The notes under the pieces: model-generated | Database searches by the model: none | Told to the model about the DNA's origin: nothing | What the model saw: only the letters and a program-made list of their open reading frames with translations | Program-made: the position numbers and the translations under genes | In this document: positions 1 through 13,950 of the stretch, piece by piece | Numbering within the stretch: position 1 is the stretch's first letter | Layout: each line of letters starts with the position of its first letter | Assembly: GCF_009914755.1 (NCBI RefSeq) | Contig: NC_060926.1 | From: the human T2T-CHM13v2.0 reference genome, Homo sapiens | DNA length: 64,000 nucleotides | Direction: 5' to 3' (one strand)

Positions 1-1005
1 GTTGTTTTTCTTATTTTTTTAACCATCATTATATTTCATTATTTTACAGTAATTGTTTTGCCTATTTAATAACTGACATTAATTGTGGACCTATAGCTTG
101 CTGAGTGTTATACTGATTTTTACACTAGGTTGTGTGAGATAACCCAGAGAACAGGCACATCTTTATCCCCAAGAAGCATATAGTCTATATGTAGAGTACA
201 CAGAATGCACAGAAAAAGCATTTGAAACATTTTTTAAGCAAATTCTAAAGAAAATTGGGATGAGAAAACTCCCAAAGAGCCTTTAGGAACATAGCATTTA
301 AGGGGTAAACAGACAAGAGGCATATGTAAGTTCACTGAGAAAGAGTAATTAAGTGAACAGAAACACTGGGAGATGGAGGAGAAACTTTCAGAAGGTATGG
401 AAGAAAAGATAGGAATGTTGACTGGTTTTCAAATATGAATGATAGCTTAAGAGTGAGGGGTCTTTTTGTCCTTTTATAATAACATGAAATGACTTGGGGA
501 AAGTGTTCAGCTAAGGGAAATAACCGTAAGAGAAGAACTGATTCAGAAAAATCCGGGCTGAAACTGGAGAGATACCCTGGTCTTGGAGAGGATATGATCA
601 GGAACCCAGGTTGGAGGGATTCGCTTTGAGTTTCCTTTCAGAATGGAGAGAAGGAGGGAATGATGGGGAGAGATACAAGGAAGTTTTTAGATGTTGGGGA
701 AGAATGTTAGGAAGTGTTTGTCCATTTTCTCTATGAGTCAGTGTGTTGTATTGAAAGGAAAGGGGGAGGTTGTTGGAAAGGGAATTTTAGGAAAACAGTG
801 AAGTTCTGAAATAATCTTTGTGAGAAAGTGAGAGGAAGGAGGGATGTGGTTGCTGCTCAGGAGCAATAAAACAATTTTGAGCAACAGCAGGGCCACAACT
901 GCAGTGGAGACAGTGAAATTATAGAAGCACCATGTTGGTTTGGTATTTTGTTAGTGACTCTTCTTACATATATTCTTCATCTTTCCACCTATTTTCTTTT
1001 CACAG

Positions 1006-2217
1006 GTTCAGGAGTCCTTGCAGGCTATGGGGAGTAGTGCTGATAGTTGTGACAGTGAGACAACAGTTACGTCACTTGGTGAAGACCTTGCCACACCAAC
1101 AGCACAAGACCAGCCTTATTTTAATGAATCAGAGGAGGAGTCTCTTGTCCCTCTTCAGAAGGGACTAGAGAAGGCAGCAGCAGTTGCAGACAAAAGAAAA
1201 TCAGGTAGCCAGGATTTCCCTCAGTGCAACACCATTGAGAATACAGGAACTAAACAGTCCACCTGTAGTCCAGGGGATCATATCATTGAAATTACTGAAG
1301 TGGAAGAGGATTTGTTTCCAGCAGAGACAGTAGAGCTACTGAGGGAAGCAAGTGCTGAAAGTGATGTGGGTAAAAGCAGTGAAAGTGAATTTACTCAGTA
1401 TACCACACACCATATTCTGAAATCATTGGCTTCTATTGAAGCTAAATGCAGTGATATGAGCTCTGAAAATACAACTGGGCCTCCCTCTTCCATGGACAGA
1501 GTTAATACAGCTTTGCAAAGAGCTCAAATGAAGGTTTGCAGTCTGTCTAATCAAAGGATGGGGCGTAGCCTGCTAAAATCAAAAGATTTGTTAAAACAAA
1601 GGTACTTATTTGCAAAAGCTGGCTATCCTCTAAGAAGGTCTCAGTCTTTACCAACCACCTTATTGAGCCCAGTAAGGGTTGTGTCCTCTGTCAATGTTCG
1701 ATTATCTCCAGGAAAAGAGACCAGATGCAGCCCACCTTCCTTCACCTATAAGTACACACCTGAAGAGGAGCAGGAATTGGAAAAGCGGGTGATGGAACAT
1801 GATGGTCAGTCTTTAGTTAAATCGACCATTTTCATCTCTCCATCATCTGTGAAGAAAGAAGAAGCCCCCCAGAGTGAGGCGCCGCGGGTGGAGGAATGCC
1901 ATCATGGAAGGACTCCTACCTGTTCACGGCTTGCTCCACCACCAATGTCTCAGTCTACCTGTTCCCTTCATTCCATCCACTCTGAGTGGCAAGAAAGGCC
2001 CCTGTGTGAGCACACAAGAACTCTGAGCACTCACAGTGTTCCCAACATATCAGGGGCTACTTGTAGTGCCTTCGCTTCCCCTTTCGGGTGTCCTTACTCA
2101 CATAGACATGCCACCTACCCTTACCGAGTGTGCTCTGTGAATCCTCCTTCAGCCATAGAAATGCAGTTGCGAAGAGTATTACATGATATTAGAAACTCAC
2201 TGCAGAATCTTTCACAG
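1006..2217 (+). CDS. ITPRID2: ITPRID2/SSFA2 (KRAP) large internal coding exon, 1212 nt, phase 0-0
   Basis: Pyrimidine tract plus cacag| at 1001-1005; open frame [28 protein letters not shown]...[10 protein letters not shown]; donor cag|gtatga at 2218. Peptide recognised as SSFA2/KRAP. Confidence 0.95.
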
Positions 2218-3596
2218 GTATGAGAAAAAGTATGTTATCATTAGCTTTTTTCTTTTACTGCTCTGAGCACTTTTTAATTCACAGAGAAGCTAAGGCACAT
2301 CAAGTATGAACTACCTCAGCTTTATTTTCTGACATGTCTAAACTTAATCTGCATCTGCCTTCGTTTTCTATCTTCCCTCCTGTTTCAAGGGAGAAGCTGT
2401 AACTAACCCTGATCAAAGTCGATTTCTCTGCTCACAAGTCTGTCTCCTTTCCAAGAGGAGAGATTTTTCTCGTTAAGTATCCTCCCATTTTTAGTCTATC
2501 ATCCACTGTCTTTGTTTTAGTCTAGAATCTTTTGTCATTTCTATTATTAAAAAATCTTCCCTCTTAAAGTTCTTTCTCTCTTTCTCTCTGCTATTTGAAC
2601 ATGTTGACTACCTTTTCCTTTTCCAAGTTTTCTCCCTGTTGGCTTCTGTGGCACCACGTTCTCCTGGTTCTGCTCGTAGCTCTCTGACTAAGCTTTCCCC
2701 TTCACCTACTGACCCTCGATGCTGTGCACAGAGTTAGTCTACTTCCACTGGACTCAAAGACTGGAACTACTCCAGACCAGAAAATAACAAATCAGGTAAA
2801 GTGTGAATTTGATTTAAAATGCTCTGTATGTCTTGTCACTTTTAAAGTCATTCTCAGATTTGTTAGTAGACTGGAAATAATTTTCCCAAAAAAATTTTGA
2901 AAATAAGTACGTTGTCTTCAGTTTTGCCTTTTACATTTTCTTGAACATTCTCTCTGAATGAATCATGTTTAGACAATTGAGGGATTGAAGAAAATGACAA
3001 TGTAATATAGTCATGAGAGCATTCAACAAAGAGTCAGGAGGCCTAGAATGAATGTAATAGACCTCTTATCATGACATAGTAGACAGGGAGCCACTTGGAA
3101 AGTAAAAATCAAAGGTGTAACTTCTCAAGTTATAATAAGATATACCTCCTCTTAACTGTAAGTTTTATCCTCATGACAATTGTCCCCTAACAGTTTTCTG
3201 TTTAAACAGAATGTGGGTGTTTCTTATTCCTCCTTACAAAATATAGTTCTGTCTGTGATGGAACTTGCAGCTGTGATTATGTCAAGCTGGGGATTTCCAG
3301 GACCCTGTCCACCAGTACCGTGGTGCATCTTTCTAGGCCACCTAGTTCTTCTGCTCCAGCTGTGGTCTCTTTCTCCTGGATATCCCAGCAATAACTCAGC
3401 TAATACATCTCCCCATGCCTACCCCACCCTACACTAGTGGACAGGTGCTTTCTATGATGTGGTCTCTGACTATCTCTCCAGCCTCATTCCTTAGCTGTAG
3501 GATTGTGCACAGGTCTCTAAACAGTTGTGTGTTCTTAGGTATCTGCACATGGCTGATTTTGTGTTTTGTTTTTTTAAAATAAAAAGATGAAGTTTC

Positions 3597-3720
3597 TGTT
3601 TCTCGCCCACGTGGAGTGCTGGAGACAGTGGTGTAATCATGGCTCCCTGCAGTCTTGAACTCCTGGGCTCAAGTGATCCTCCTGCCTTGGCCTCCCAAAG
3701 TACTGGGACTATAAGCCACT
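3597..3720 (-). mobile_element. Alu monomer fragment (FLAM/AluJ-like)
   Basis: gaactcctgggctcaagtgatcctcctgccttggcctcccaaagtactggga. Confidence 0.8.
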
Positions 3721-4387
3721 TTTTTTTAACCGAGATCACCCAGTCTTTGCCTTTCTTTGCATAATCAAGCCCTATTTACTGTTAAGGCTCAGTTCAAGTA
3801 GTGTTACCACTTTTGGGAAAGTTCACGTAATCTGAATTTTTCTGTGTTCATCATAGCACTCCTTCCACAGTATTAGAATTTTTTTAAAATTTCCTTTATT
3901 TTTCTTTACACTGTGAGAACACCTGAAGGCTGGGAATACCTTTTATGTTTTTATCTCACTGCCTAAAATAGTGGCATATAGGAAATGCTAAGATGTCTGA
4001 GAAAGACGACAATGATTGCTTGCTCTCCAGCAAAGTTAATAATCACTATAATCTCATGATGATATTTGCAATGGCTTCTACATTTTTGCGTTTTGATTTT
4101 GTTTTTTTTTAGTTTCGCAAGAGGGAAGTCCTGAAAGAAATAGATGTGAACTATGTTCCTTCGCCTCCTCCTCCCACGTAGATTGACTTATACCTGGAAC
4201 AGCTAGCAGTACTAGGTGTCATTGGGAACTGATTTCTTTTTTCCTGCTTACAATATGAAGGTTTTTTGGATCCTTTTGTCTTAAAGAGAAAAATATATAG
4301 GCCCCAAATTCTGCCTTTTAACCCCTTAAGTGATTTGGAAGTATTCACTTTAACATTGGTTTTAATCCTACTTTTACTTTTTTGAAG

Positions 4388-4465
4388 TACCCTATGATGA
4401 GAGGACCTGATCCTGCTGCTGCTCCATATAGTACTCAGAAATCATCTGTTCTACCTCTTTATGAA
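4388..4465 (+). CDS. ITPRID2: ITPRID2 coding exon, 78 nt ([26 protein letters not shown])
   Basis: T-rich acceptor ttttgaag| at 4387; donor gaa|gtaagt at 4466; in frame with flanking exons. Confidence 0.92.
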
Positions 4466-4544
4466 GTAAGTTCTTTCTTACATCTTTGTGTTCCAAAATA
4501 ATTTGTAGAATTTAGAAGTGTAATTTTGTTATATTGCATTCTAG

Positions 4545-4672
4545 AATACTTTTCAGGAGCTCCAGGTAATGAGGCGGAGCCTGAATTTGTTTAGAACACA
4601 AATGATGGATTTAGAATTGGCAATGCTGCGTCAGCAAACCATGGTTTATCATCATATGACTGAGGAGGAGAG
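4545..4672 (+). CDS. ITPRID2: ITPRID2 coding exon, 128 nt ([43 protein letters not shown]), coiled-coil region
   Basis: Acceptor ttctag| at 4544 after a 79-nt intron; donor ag|gtaaaa at 4673 (phase 2, completed by the first G of the next exon). Confidence 0.92.
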
Positions 4673-5085
4673 GTAAAAGTTCATTTTGTCTTAGCACACC
4701 TCAAAAAGCTTTTCATTCAAAGTCTTCTCAACTTATATTTTTTAAAATTAGGTTTTGATTCTACTGCTGTGTACCTTGTATCTGTTTTGTGAACCAGTGT
4801 AGATAAGATTAGTCATAGATAGTGTTTTACTAAGTAAACTTGTATGCCTTCAATATCCTAAGGGTAGTGGTAACCTGCTTTCCCGTGTTTGAGATATTTG
4901 TGAGAGGATAGGGGAAGAAAGACTAATGTCCTTGTGGATACACCTATTGTAGTTGATATTGTACTAATTTCTAGAACCTGAGATTTCCATGCCTTCTGTT
5001 AGCATATAGTAGTTGTTGAAAGATTTGTGATTAGGAATCTCCAAACTGCATTTTTCCAATTTTGTGCCCTTCACCATACCAATAG

Positions 5086-5236
5086 GTTTGAAGTTGATCA
5101 GCTCCAGGGTTTGAGAAATTCAGTCCGAATGGAACTTCAGGACCTGGAACTGCAGCTGGAGGAGCGCCTGCTGGGCCTGGAGGAGCAGCTTCGTGCTGTG
5201 CGCATGCCTTCACCCTTCCGCTCCTCCGCACTCATG
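5086..5236 (+). CDS. ITPRID2: ITPRID2 coding exon, 151 nt ([50 protein letters not shown])
   Basis: aatag| acceptor at 5085; donor atg|gtacgc at 5237; heptad leucine pattern; lies within ORF 5027..5302. Confidence 0.93.
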
Positions 5237-6386
5237 GTACGCTACCTGGAGGGTGGTCGGAGTTTTCACCAAAGGTTTATTTATAATGTTCCAATAATTT
5301 AGGACGTGTGCCTTCATTTCAAGTCATTTATTTTAATGGTATTAAAAGCATGCATACTGTTTAAGGAGCTTTCCCACAAATCAGTTGAATGTACAATTTG
5401 TAATAATTGTCATAAATAGTATATTTAGAAATATGTTGAAAATTTTTAATGATAAATTTTAATAACAGGAAAGAATAAGGGCTTATACGAAAGTTGAGGG
5501 TTTTTAAAGGAAAAATGCTAGTGAATTAACATATGACTAATGTAAATTTTAATTGTTGCATGTAACTGCAGAGAACACAGATGCATATTTTGCTGTTTTT
5601 TTTTCTTTCATGCCTTTAAATAAAAAAGTGTTCCTTTTAAACTTTTTCTTTATTTTGGATTCTTTTCCATTTGTTTTTAAAGGAATCAAATGATACCTGT
5701 ATATTTTCATACATATATATACATACACATACATATATGTATTTTCCTAAATATATAGATATATATCCAAGAGAATAAAAAGAAACATGTTTTTGTACCA
5801 CTTTTCATACTTCTAATGTTTCTTTCCATAACATTTGAACTTCAACAGTTGTATTATTTTTGCAAATATCTTTGAAGTTGTAGAATATGTTGCTTTGAAA
5901 TGCTGAAATAGTGAATTATTCTTTGTTACCTTAACAATGTATTTGATTTTGTTAAAAAGAAATGGATGAATATACACACATACAATTATGTGTGTATATA
6001 CTATAAATGAAGTAGAATAAACAATGGTGTATAAACACATATATGTATAGCATAGACTAAGGATGTTCTGTATTGCTAATGAATGTACTTTTCAACATGG
6101 TTTTGATTTATCATTCTGAGAAGTGTATGTTGGTGACGGGAGAACTAGAACATCCTTTTTGCATATTGTATCAGTTTTAACTCACAATAATGCATTTTAT
6201 GGGATCTGTGACACTTGAGAGTAACCTTTGTGACATAAAGGGATGCTTCCAGGCACTAATTAGCCAATTAATTTTATTATAAAAGTCTTGTGATTTGAAA
6301 AAATATATATGTACATTATAATTATATATGCATGTATGTATATATACACACACATATACATATATATATTGTTCTTACCTTTTCAG

Positions 6387-6452
6387 GGAATGTGTGGCAG
6401 TAGAAGCGCTGATAACTTGTCATGCCCTTCTCCATTGAATGTAATGGAACCA
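6387..6452 (+). CDS. ITPRID2: ITPRID2 66-nt symmetric exon ([22 protein letters not shown]), probable cassette
   Basis: cttttcag| acceptor at 6386; cca|gtaagc donor at 6453; phase 0-0. Confidence 0.9.
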
Positions 6453-6696
6453 GTAAGCTTCTTTCCTCTTAAATCACTGGGGAAGGGAATGATACAACAT
6501 TTCAGACACATAGTTTCCCTAGTTTAGATGAAATATATGTTTATTTTAAATACATAATTTGATAAATTATTGTTGATTGGAAGTGACTTTCACCTTTGAA
6601 AGTCCATTGCTGTCTGAAGCCACTAGAAAGCCACCTGAATTGCAATAGTGATTTATCTTTCTGACTAAAGGAGGTAATGCACCATAAAAACATGTA

Positions 6697-7348
<652 letters not shown>

Positions 7349-7737
7349 TTAGAGCTGTAACATGACCACGTTTTTAACAGAAATCTGTCTTTATTGTGTT
7401 AGACAGATTGGTTCATTTGGGGGCAAAAGCACTATGAGTAACTATTTTTCACTAGTTACTCTTCCTTACAAGTGATTTGGACACTTTGGTGGTAACAAGT
7501 AAAATTTCATCCTACTATGTATTCTGTTTACCTGTTTTGTTGCTTCATCTCAATAGGAATTTAAATTTTACTTACCATTTTTGCAAATAAAATTGAGTAG
7601 TTATTAAATTAATGGAATAGATTTATGTCTTTACAAATTACATGATTTTAGGCAATAATGACAACCAGGACTTTAACCTTTTTAGCTACCAATCTTAATT
7701 CCAAGAGAGAAGAATAACATTTTTTTATGATCTCCAG

Positions 7738-8202
7738 GTCACTGAACTGATGCAGGAGCAGTCATACCTGAAGTCTGAATTGGGCCTGGGACTTGGAGAA
7801 ATGGGATTTGAAATTCCTCCTGGAGAAAGCTCAGAATCTGTTTTTTCCCAAGCAACATCAGAATCATCTTCTGTATGTTCTGGTCCCTCTCATGCTAACA
7901 GAAGAACTGGAGTACCTTCTACTGCCTCAGTGGGCAAATCCAAAACCCCATTAGTGGCAAGGAAGAAAGTGTTCCGAGCATCGGTGGCTCTAACGCCAAC
8001 AGCTCCTTCTAGAACAGGCTCTGTGCAGACACCTCCAGATTTGGAAAGTTCTGAGGAAGTTGATGCAGCTGAAGGAGCCCCAGAAGTTGTAGGACCTAAA
8101 TCTGAAGTGGAAGAAGGGCATGGAAAACTCCCATCAATGCCAGCTGCTGAGGAAATGCATAAAAATGTGGAGCAAGATGAGTTGCAGCAAGTCATACGGG
8201 AG
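7738..8202 (+). CDS. ITPRID2: ITPRID2 coding exon, 465 nt ([15 protein letters not shown]...DELQQVIRE)
   Basis: tctccag| acceptor at 7737; gag|gtgggt donor at 8203; overlaps ORF 7750..8265. Confidence 0.93.
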
Positions 8203-8549
8203 GTGGGTAAAATCTGTGTTTCATTCATTTATTTGGAGGTATATGTTAGAGGAGATTTTGTCTGAATATTAATTATTTACAGAATGTTCTTTTGATTCAC
8301 TGTATTCAATAATTTTCACAGAGCTTTTAAATTAGCTTTCCTGTTGATCAAGTTTGTGTCAATTAAGATATATTTGTAATGGCATTTCTGCAAATTTCAT
8401 ACTCTAATGTGAAATAATTACAATTCTCTGTGTTCAGTATGGTGAAAAAGATATGTGAAGGACTCAAAATAAACATGACGTACTCTTTGGACCTCTTGTT
8501 TCCACATCTACAAAATGAGGATTTACAGTTTAGATCTCTTCGAGGATTA

Positions 8550-8809
<260 letters not shown>

Positions 8810-11780
8810 TTATTCAAAAATCAAAATATACGAAGAAAAGAGGGTTTGCCCTAGGTGATAGCAGCATAAGAACTTGAAGAATTACCATAGTTATGGATGA
8901 CCAAAAGAACTGCAAAAGGAAATTACATATGATTAGTAGTGAAAGTTCAAAAGTTGAGAAAATTAGTAAAATAAATGTTTTTTGCACTGAGATCAGGTAA
9001 TAGGAAGGAATAGAATATATCGTTTAAACAGCTCAATGCAATTATCTCTGTTTACCTAGTAGTATTCTGTGGATTAAATTGTACATAAGCAAATGTGAAA
9101 TTTGCTGTATATGCAGTTCTCTAGTATTTCAATCATGTTGAATCAAATCACATTTTCAAAACAAGCATTATAGCAGAAGACTTCATATCTGTAATTTATT
9201 TTCATGATATGACTCTACCAACTAAATGTTTAAAAGGTCTTAATTCTATAAATTTATTTTTCCTACAAATGTAATTATTTTTGTAAATTGGTTTTGGCTG
9301 CCTAATGTTTAGCAAACTCAGCATTCACCCTACTCGGTCAGGTGTGTCTATGATTAATAATCCATTCCTGTTTACATGTTTTATATCAAAGATTAGTTTT
9401 TGAGTGAAATTATGTAATTATTCTTCTCCACACTATATTTGCTAACTGAGGAAGCGGGTTTTAAGGTAATTTTTTTTTTTCTAGAAATGTGATGGTTTTG
9501 TTCCCCTTAGCTTGCTTTGGTATGAAAGTTTTCTTTGAAAACTTTATATTGCTCTTTTAAAACAAATACTCCATTCAATGCACACTTGAATCCTCATTTT
9601 TAGAATTTTAATGGCCTGATATGTCCTGTAGGTGATTTCCTAAGAATAAAGTGTTCATTTCAGACTAGAACATTGATTCTTTGGCTTATAAGACACAGCA
9701 TATAGAAAATTTAGTTATTCCCATTAGGCTGCCTTGGTCCTAGAGAATTAATCATTTAAAAGAACCTCTCATTAAATATGAAAGATTTTATAATTTGCAA
9801 ACACTTAAGCTGGTATGCAAGGCAAATGTTCAAAGAATTTTTCAGAATTTGTTATTTAAACCATTAATTAGAAACTACTTAGTTCTGAATTTGGCATAGG
9901 CTTGAGGAAATTGGGTTTAACATTTATTCTTTTACTGTCTACAAAGGGCCTACCCAGCAAAATATGTATAGATCAAACAAGGCATAAGAGGAGTATTGTT
10001 GTACTTAAGAAAACAAATTATTTTGAAGTACTTTAAAAGCATATTTAATAGTTTAATGCCAGTTATAATTTAAAAAATTATGTTAATATTCTCTTAGTTA
10101 CAATAGTTTTCTGTTTATAAAGTATTTAAAATTTAGTTTGGTTTTTATTCCAGTCATTCAAATTGGTAACCTTTTTACCTAAATACATACTGTACTAAAT
10201 TCCAATTTTTTAAAATCTTGGTGTACAGCTACCAAGAAAATTAAATTAGATTCTGTCTTCCTAGCAGATCTGAGCCCCTAATCCCATTAACAAAGCCACC
10301 ATTCAGGAAGGCAAGATTTAATCTTGGGTTGAACAGTTTTGCAGGTGAGGATTAAGCATGTTTGGCAGGCACTTTCAGGAAAGTTTTCTTACTGCGTTCA
10401 TGGATGCATGAAAACAATGGTATCTGTCAGGCCTTTGTTTCTTTCGTTGTACCATTAAGTGAGGTTTTTAAAAAGAGGGTTTTCATCATTTATAATGTGT
10501 TAATACAGTAGAATTCTTTTTTTGAAGGACAACATTGAAAGTCTTTTCAGACAAATATTTAATACACTAATTACATAGCTAAACTTTTGTCATATTAAAG
10601 ATACCTCTTTTCTGCATGTGCATTGTACTAGGAAAAAAGTACACACTGTCTTAAAATTTGCCCAAGTCATCTGTGATGTATGTGATCAGTGGCCTGAAAC
10701 TGTTTGCAGTTACTTTAAAAATGTATAAATGTGTGTAAATAAAAAGATTACTTAATAGGATGAATGAATACATGCCCACAGAAGCCAATTCAGCAAAATT
10801 AAATGTCAAGGAGTAAACATAGATTGCTTTGTGTTTAGAGAGTTATTTGTTAATTAGAGTTCATAGACTTGATTCATGCCTTTTGGGATCTTTATTAGAG
10901 CACGTCTGACATGTTTTACCCATGTATTTTGGTAAATACACAGCTTGCTCATGTGTTCTTATGGAAATTTCTTTTAGTGATCACTTGTAATAGCTGCCAC
11001 TTAGTAGGCACTCAGTAAGTGCATAATAAGTGGATGTGTTCCCACATACTTCAGACTTGTAGTCAGTCTTTTTGTATTGTCGATCAGCATGACTTTCTCA
11101 ATCTCAGGTAGTCTGTATTTAGCCTACATTTTTTTGGAAATTATGCTCATAAAGGTAATTTTACCATCCATCCCAGGGTAGTTTCCTCACTTCTAATCCT
11201 TCCAACCTCTCCATAGCATGGGAGACTTTAGAACTAAATTATTTGTCCATGCATTTATTCATTCAATAAATTAATAAAGACATTGTATCATTTTCAGGGC
11301 CATTTTATCTGTAGTCTGCTTTCGTTTTTCTGCTTTCTCTTCCTTTTTGTGTCTGATATTGTCTCTCACCCTTGTGCTTTCTCACTCTCTCATTGATTCA
11401 TTCATTCAGACGCTTACTGAGTTCTTACTGTATGCTGAGATACACTGATAAATGAGACCTGACCTGCTCGCTGAAGGAGCTCACAGTACACCTTCCATCT
11501 GACCTCACCCTTCCTATTCTGATTCCCTTCTGCTCTCTAGAGGGAACTGTCTTGGCAGTCAGGCTCCATTATACTCCCCTCTTATTTGAGACCGTCTTGC
11601 TACAGAGTTTTCTATCTCCACTGTCATCTGAAATTGTTCTTTCTTTGTTGTGACATACCATGTAAAAGCTGCCATTCTCTGAGAATTTTGTCCCACACTA
11701 GTCTCTCATTTATCAAAATTTTTTGTTCTTATGTCATTAATGAATCAATAAATTATTTTTCCTTTAGTATTTTATGAAAC

Positions 11781-12072
<292 letters not shown>

Positions 12073-12221
12073 ATATATTTTATGAAACAGTATTCATTTT
12101 GTGTCCATTGAGATTATATCATGCTTGATGGTAGGGATTCTTTTATACTTTATTCCAATAATGCCTGTACTCCCAAAAAAGATTGGCACACATTCCTGGT
12201 TTGTCAAGAATACATTTTGGC

Positions 12222-12520
12222 GACTGGGCGCGGTGGCTCACGCCTGTAATCCCAGCACTTTGGGAGGCCAAGGCGGGTGGATCACAAGGTCAGGAGATCG
12301 AGACCATCTTGGCTAACATGGTGAAACCCCGTCTCTACTAAAAATACAAAAAATTAGCCGGGCGTGGTGGCGGGTGCCTGTAGTCCCAGCTACTCAGGAG
12401 GCTGAAGCAGGAGAATGGCGTGAACCCAGGAGGCGGAGCTTGCAGTGAGCCGATATTGTACCGCTGCACTCCAACCTGGGTGACAGAGTGAGAATCCATC
12501 TCAAAAAAAAAAAAAAAAAA
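12222..12520 (+). mobile_element. AluY
   Basis: Y-type gagatcgagaccatc..ggctaac, gaatggcgtgaacc, ggcggagcttgcag; TSD agaatacattttggc at 12207-12221 and 12522-12536. Confidence 0.9.
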
Positions 12521-13950
12521 GAGAATACATTTTGGCTAGTTTGTTTTTTGAGTGATGAAGAATAATGAGATATAATAAAATGGCCATATTGCATTGGTAG
12601 CAGGACTGGAAAGACTATACTCATTGTTGTGAATATAGATTTGCAGTGGTCCTAATTCAGTATGTTGTATTTCTGTTTATATACTGTGACTAAGAGATTC
12701 TGGTTTTTAAAATATTTGTATCCAACACATACTTGTTTGAAAAGTAAATCTGAAGTGCTGTGTGCTTCAGAATCTTCTGATGTTGTTTAAAGTTTAGAAA
12801 TATTGATAAAAGGTAAAGTGAAAAGCTTATAGTATTTAAATATATTCCAGTACAGATGGTTGGTAGCTAAGGAGTGTTTTGTTTCTTTAAATAACTATGT
12901 ATAAATCTATGTATTGTGTACCAATTTTGCATGATAGACTAATACAGGACCATTTTTGGAAAGATTATAGTTAAGATGTGTTTGAGATGTACTTAGGAAC
13001 ATTGTAGGAAATAAATCAATTTGGCTGACAGGAAACTGGAAATGTAGAATTTTTAAAAGCTTGTTGAGAGTATCTTGAGTGCTTATTTGGGAACACATTA
13101 TCACTTTATTTCAGGAAATACACATTTATAGCTTTCACAAAGGGCTATTTAAAAGTGATGCTGTATCATTAGAGAGAAAAGGTGGAGATAGGCATATGTA
13201 AGTGTTTGGACACCTGTAGAAGAAAATCCTGATGGAATTGTCATTTCCTCAGGTCTGTTTGCCTTTTCCAACAATAAAATGAGATGTATATCCTCATATC
13301 CTATATGCATATTGGAAACAAAAGCTTAGATGGCTGGCAGTGATACCATGCAACTAAAGAAAAAGTTATTTCTTTAGAGTTTATGGTTGTTTTGAGGATG
13401 TTTTTTATATTATAAAATAAATTGTACTAAATGATAATTTCTTCTTCCCATTTTAAATGTGTTAGGTTGAACAATATGTCTTTAGATACCTTGCTGTCAG
13501 TTGGCATAAACAGGCAGTATACCTGTATACTATTTTGCCTCTAAAAGATTTTCTCAGCAATGAGAGCACTTGTGTCTCTGCTGATTACCTTACAAAGTTA
13601 GACAATACTAAAAACATTTAAGAAGTCCTTCCAGATTATTTTTTTGACATGAGGTAAAGTATTTACTAGAAGTTTTTTAACTTATGAAATAACATTTTCT
13701 AATGTCCTCACCTTATGAATTGTGATATTTGTAATCTAGTTAGCTGAACAATTCTAGACCAGTCCTTGGGAGTCTGATCTGGGTTGGATGATAGATGGAC
13801 TCGATTCCCCACTCCCTCTCTGTATTGCAGGGAGATTCACATGAAGGTGAAATTAAGAAATTGAATGCTATTTGTATTTTTTCCAAAAACAGGAAAAAAT
13901 GAATTCCATTCATATTGGTAAATTTTTGTTTTATTGTTTTTCCAATCTAG

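Noticed and set aside
150-930. Strongly purine-skewed intronic stretch
   Set aside because: Most likely a decayed ancient LINE (L2-like); family and function could not be supported by eye.
2707-2801. Possible cryptic exon (tactgac branch, cacag| 2731, cag|gtaaag 2796)
   Set aside because: Poor pyrimidine tract, adjacent to degenerate L2-like sequence; no supporting motifs.
7890-8228. Minus-strand 112-aa ORF (also 5031..5231 and the off-frame 932..1168)
   Set aside because: Shadows of real ITPRID2 exons.
8203-8265. Read-through tail [20 protein letters not shown] and a +4 GT donor at 8207
   Set aside because: Ordinary short intronic extension; no nearby canonical poly(A) signal or other support seen.
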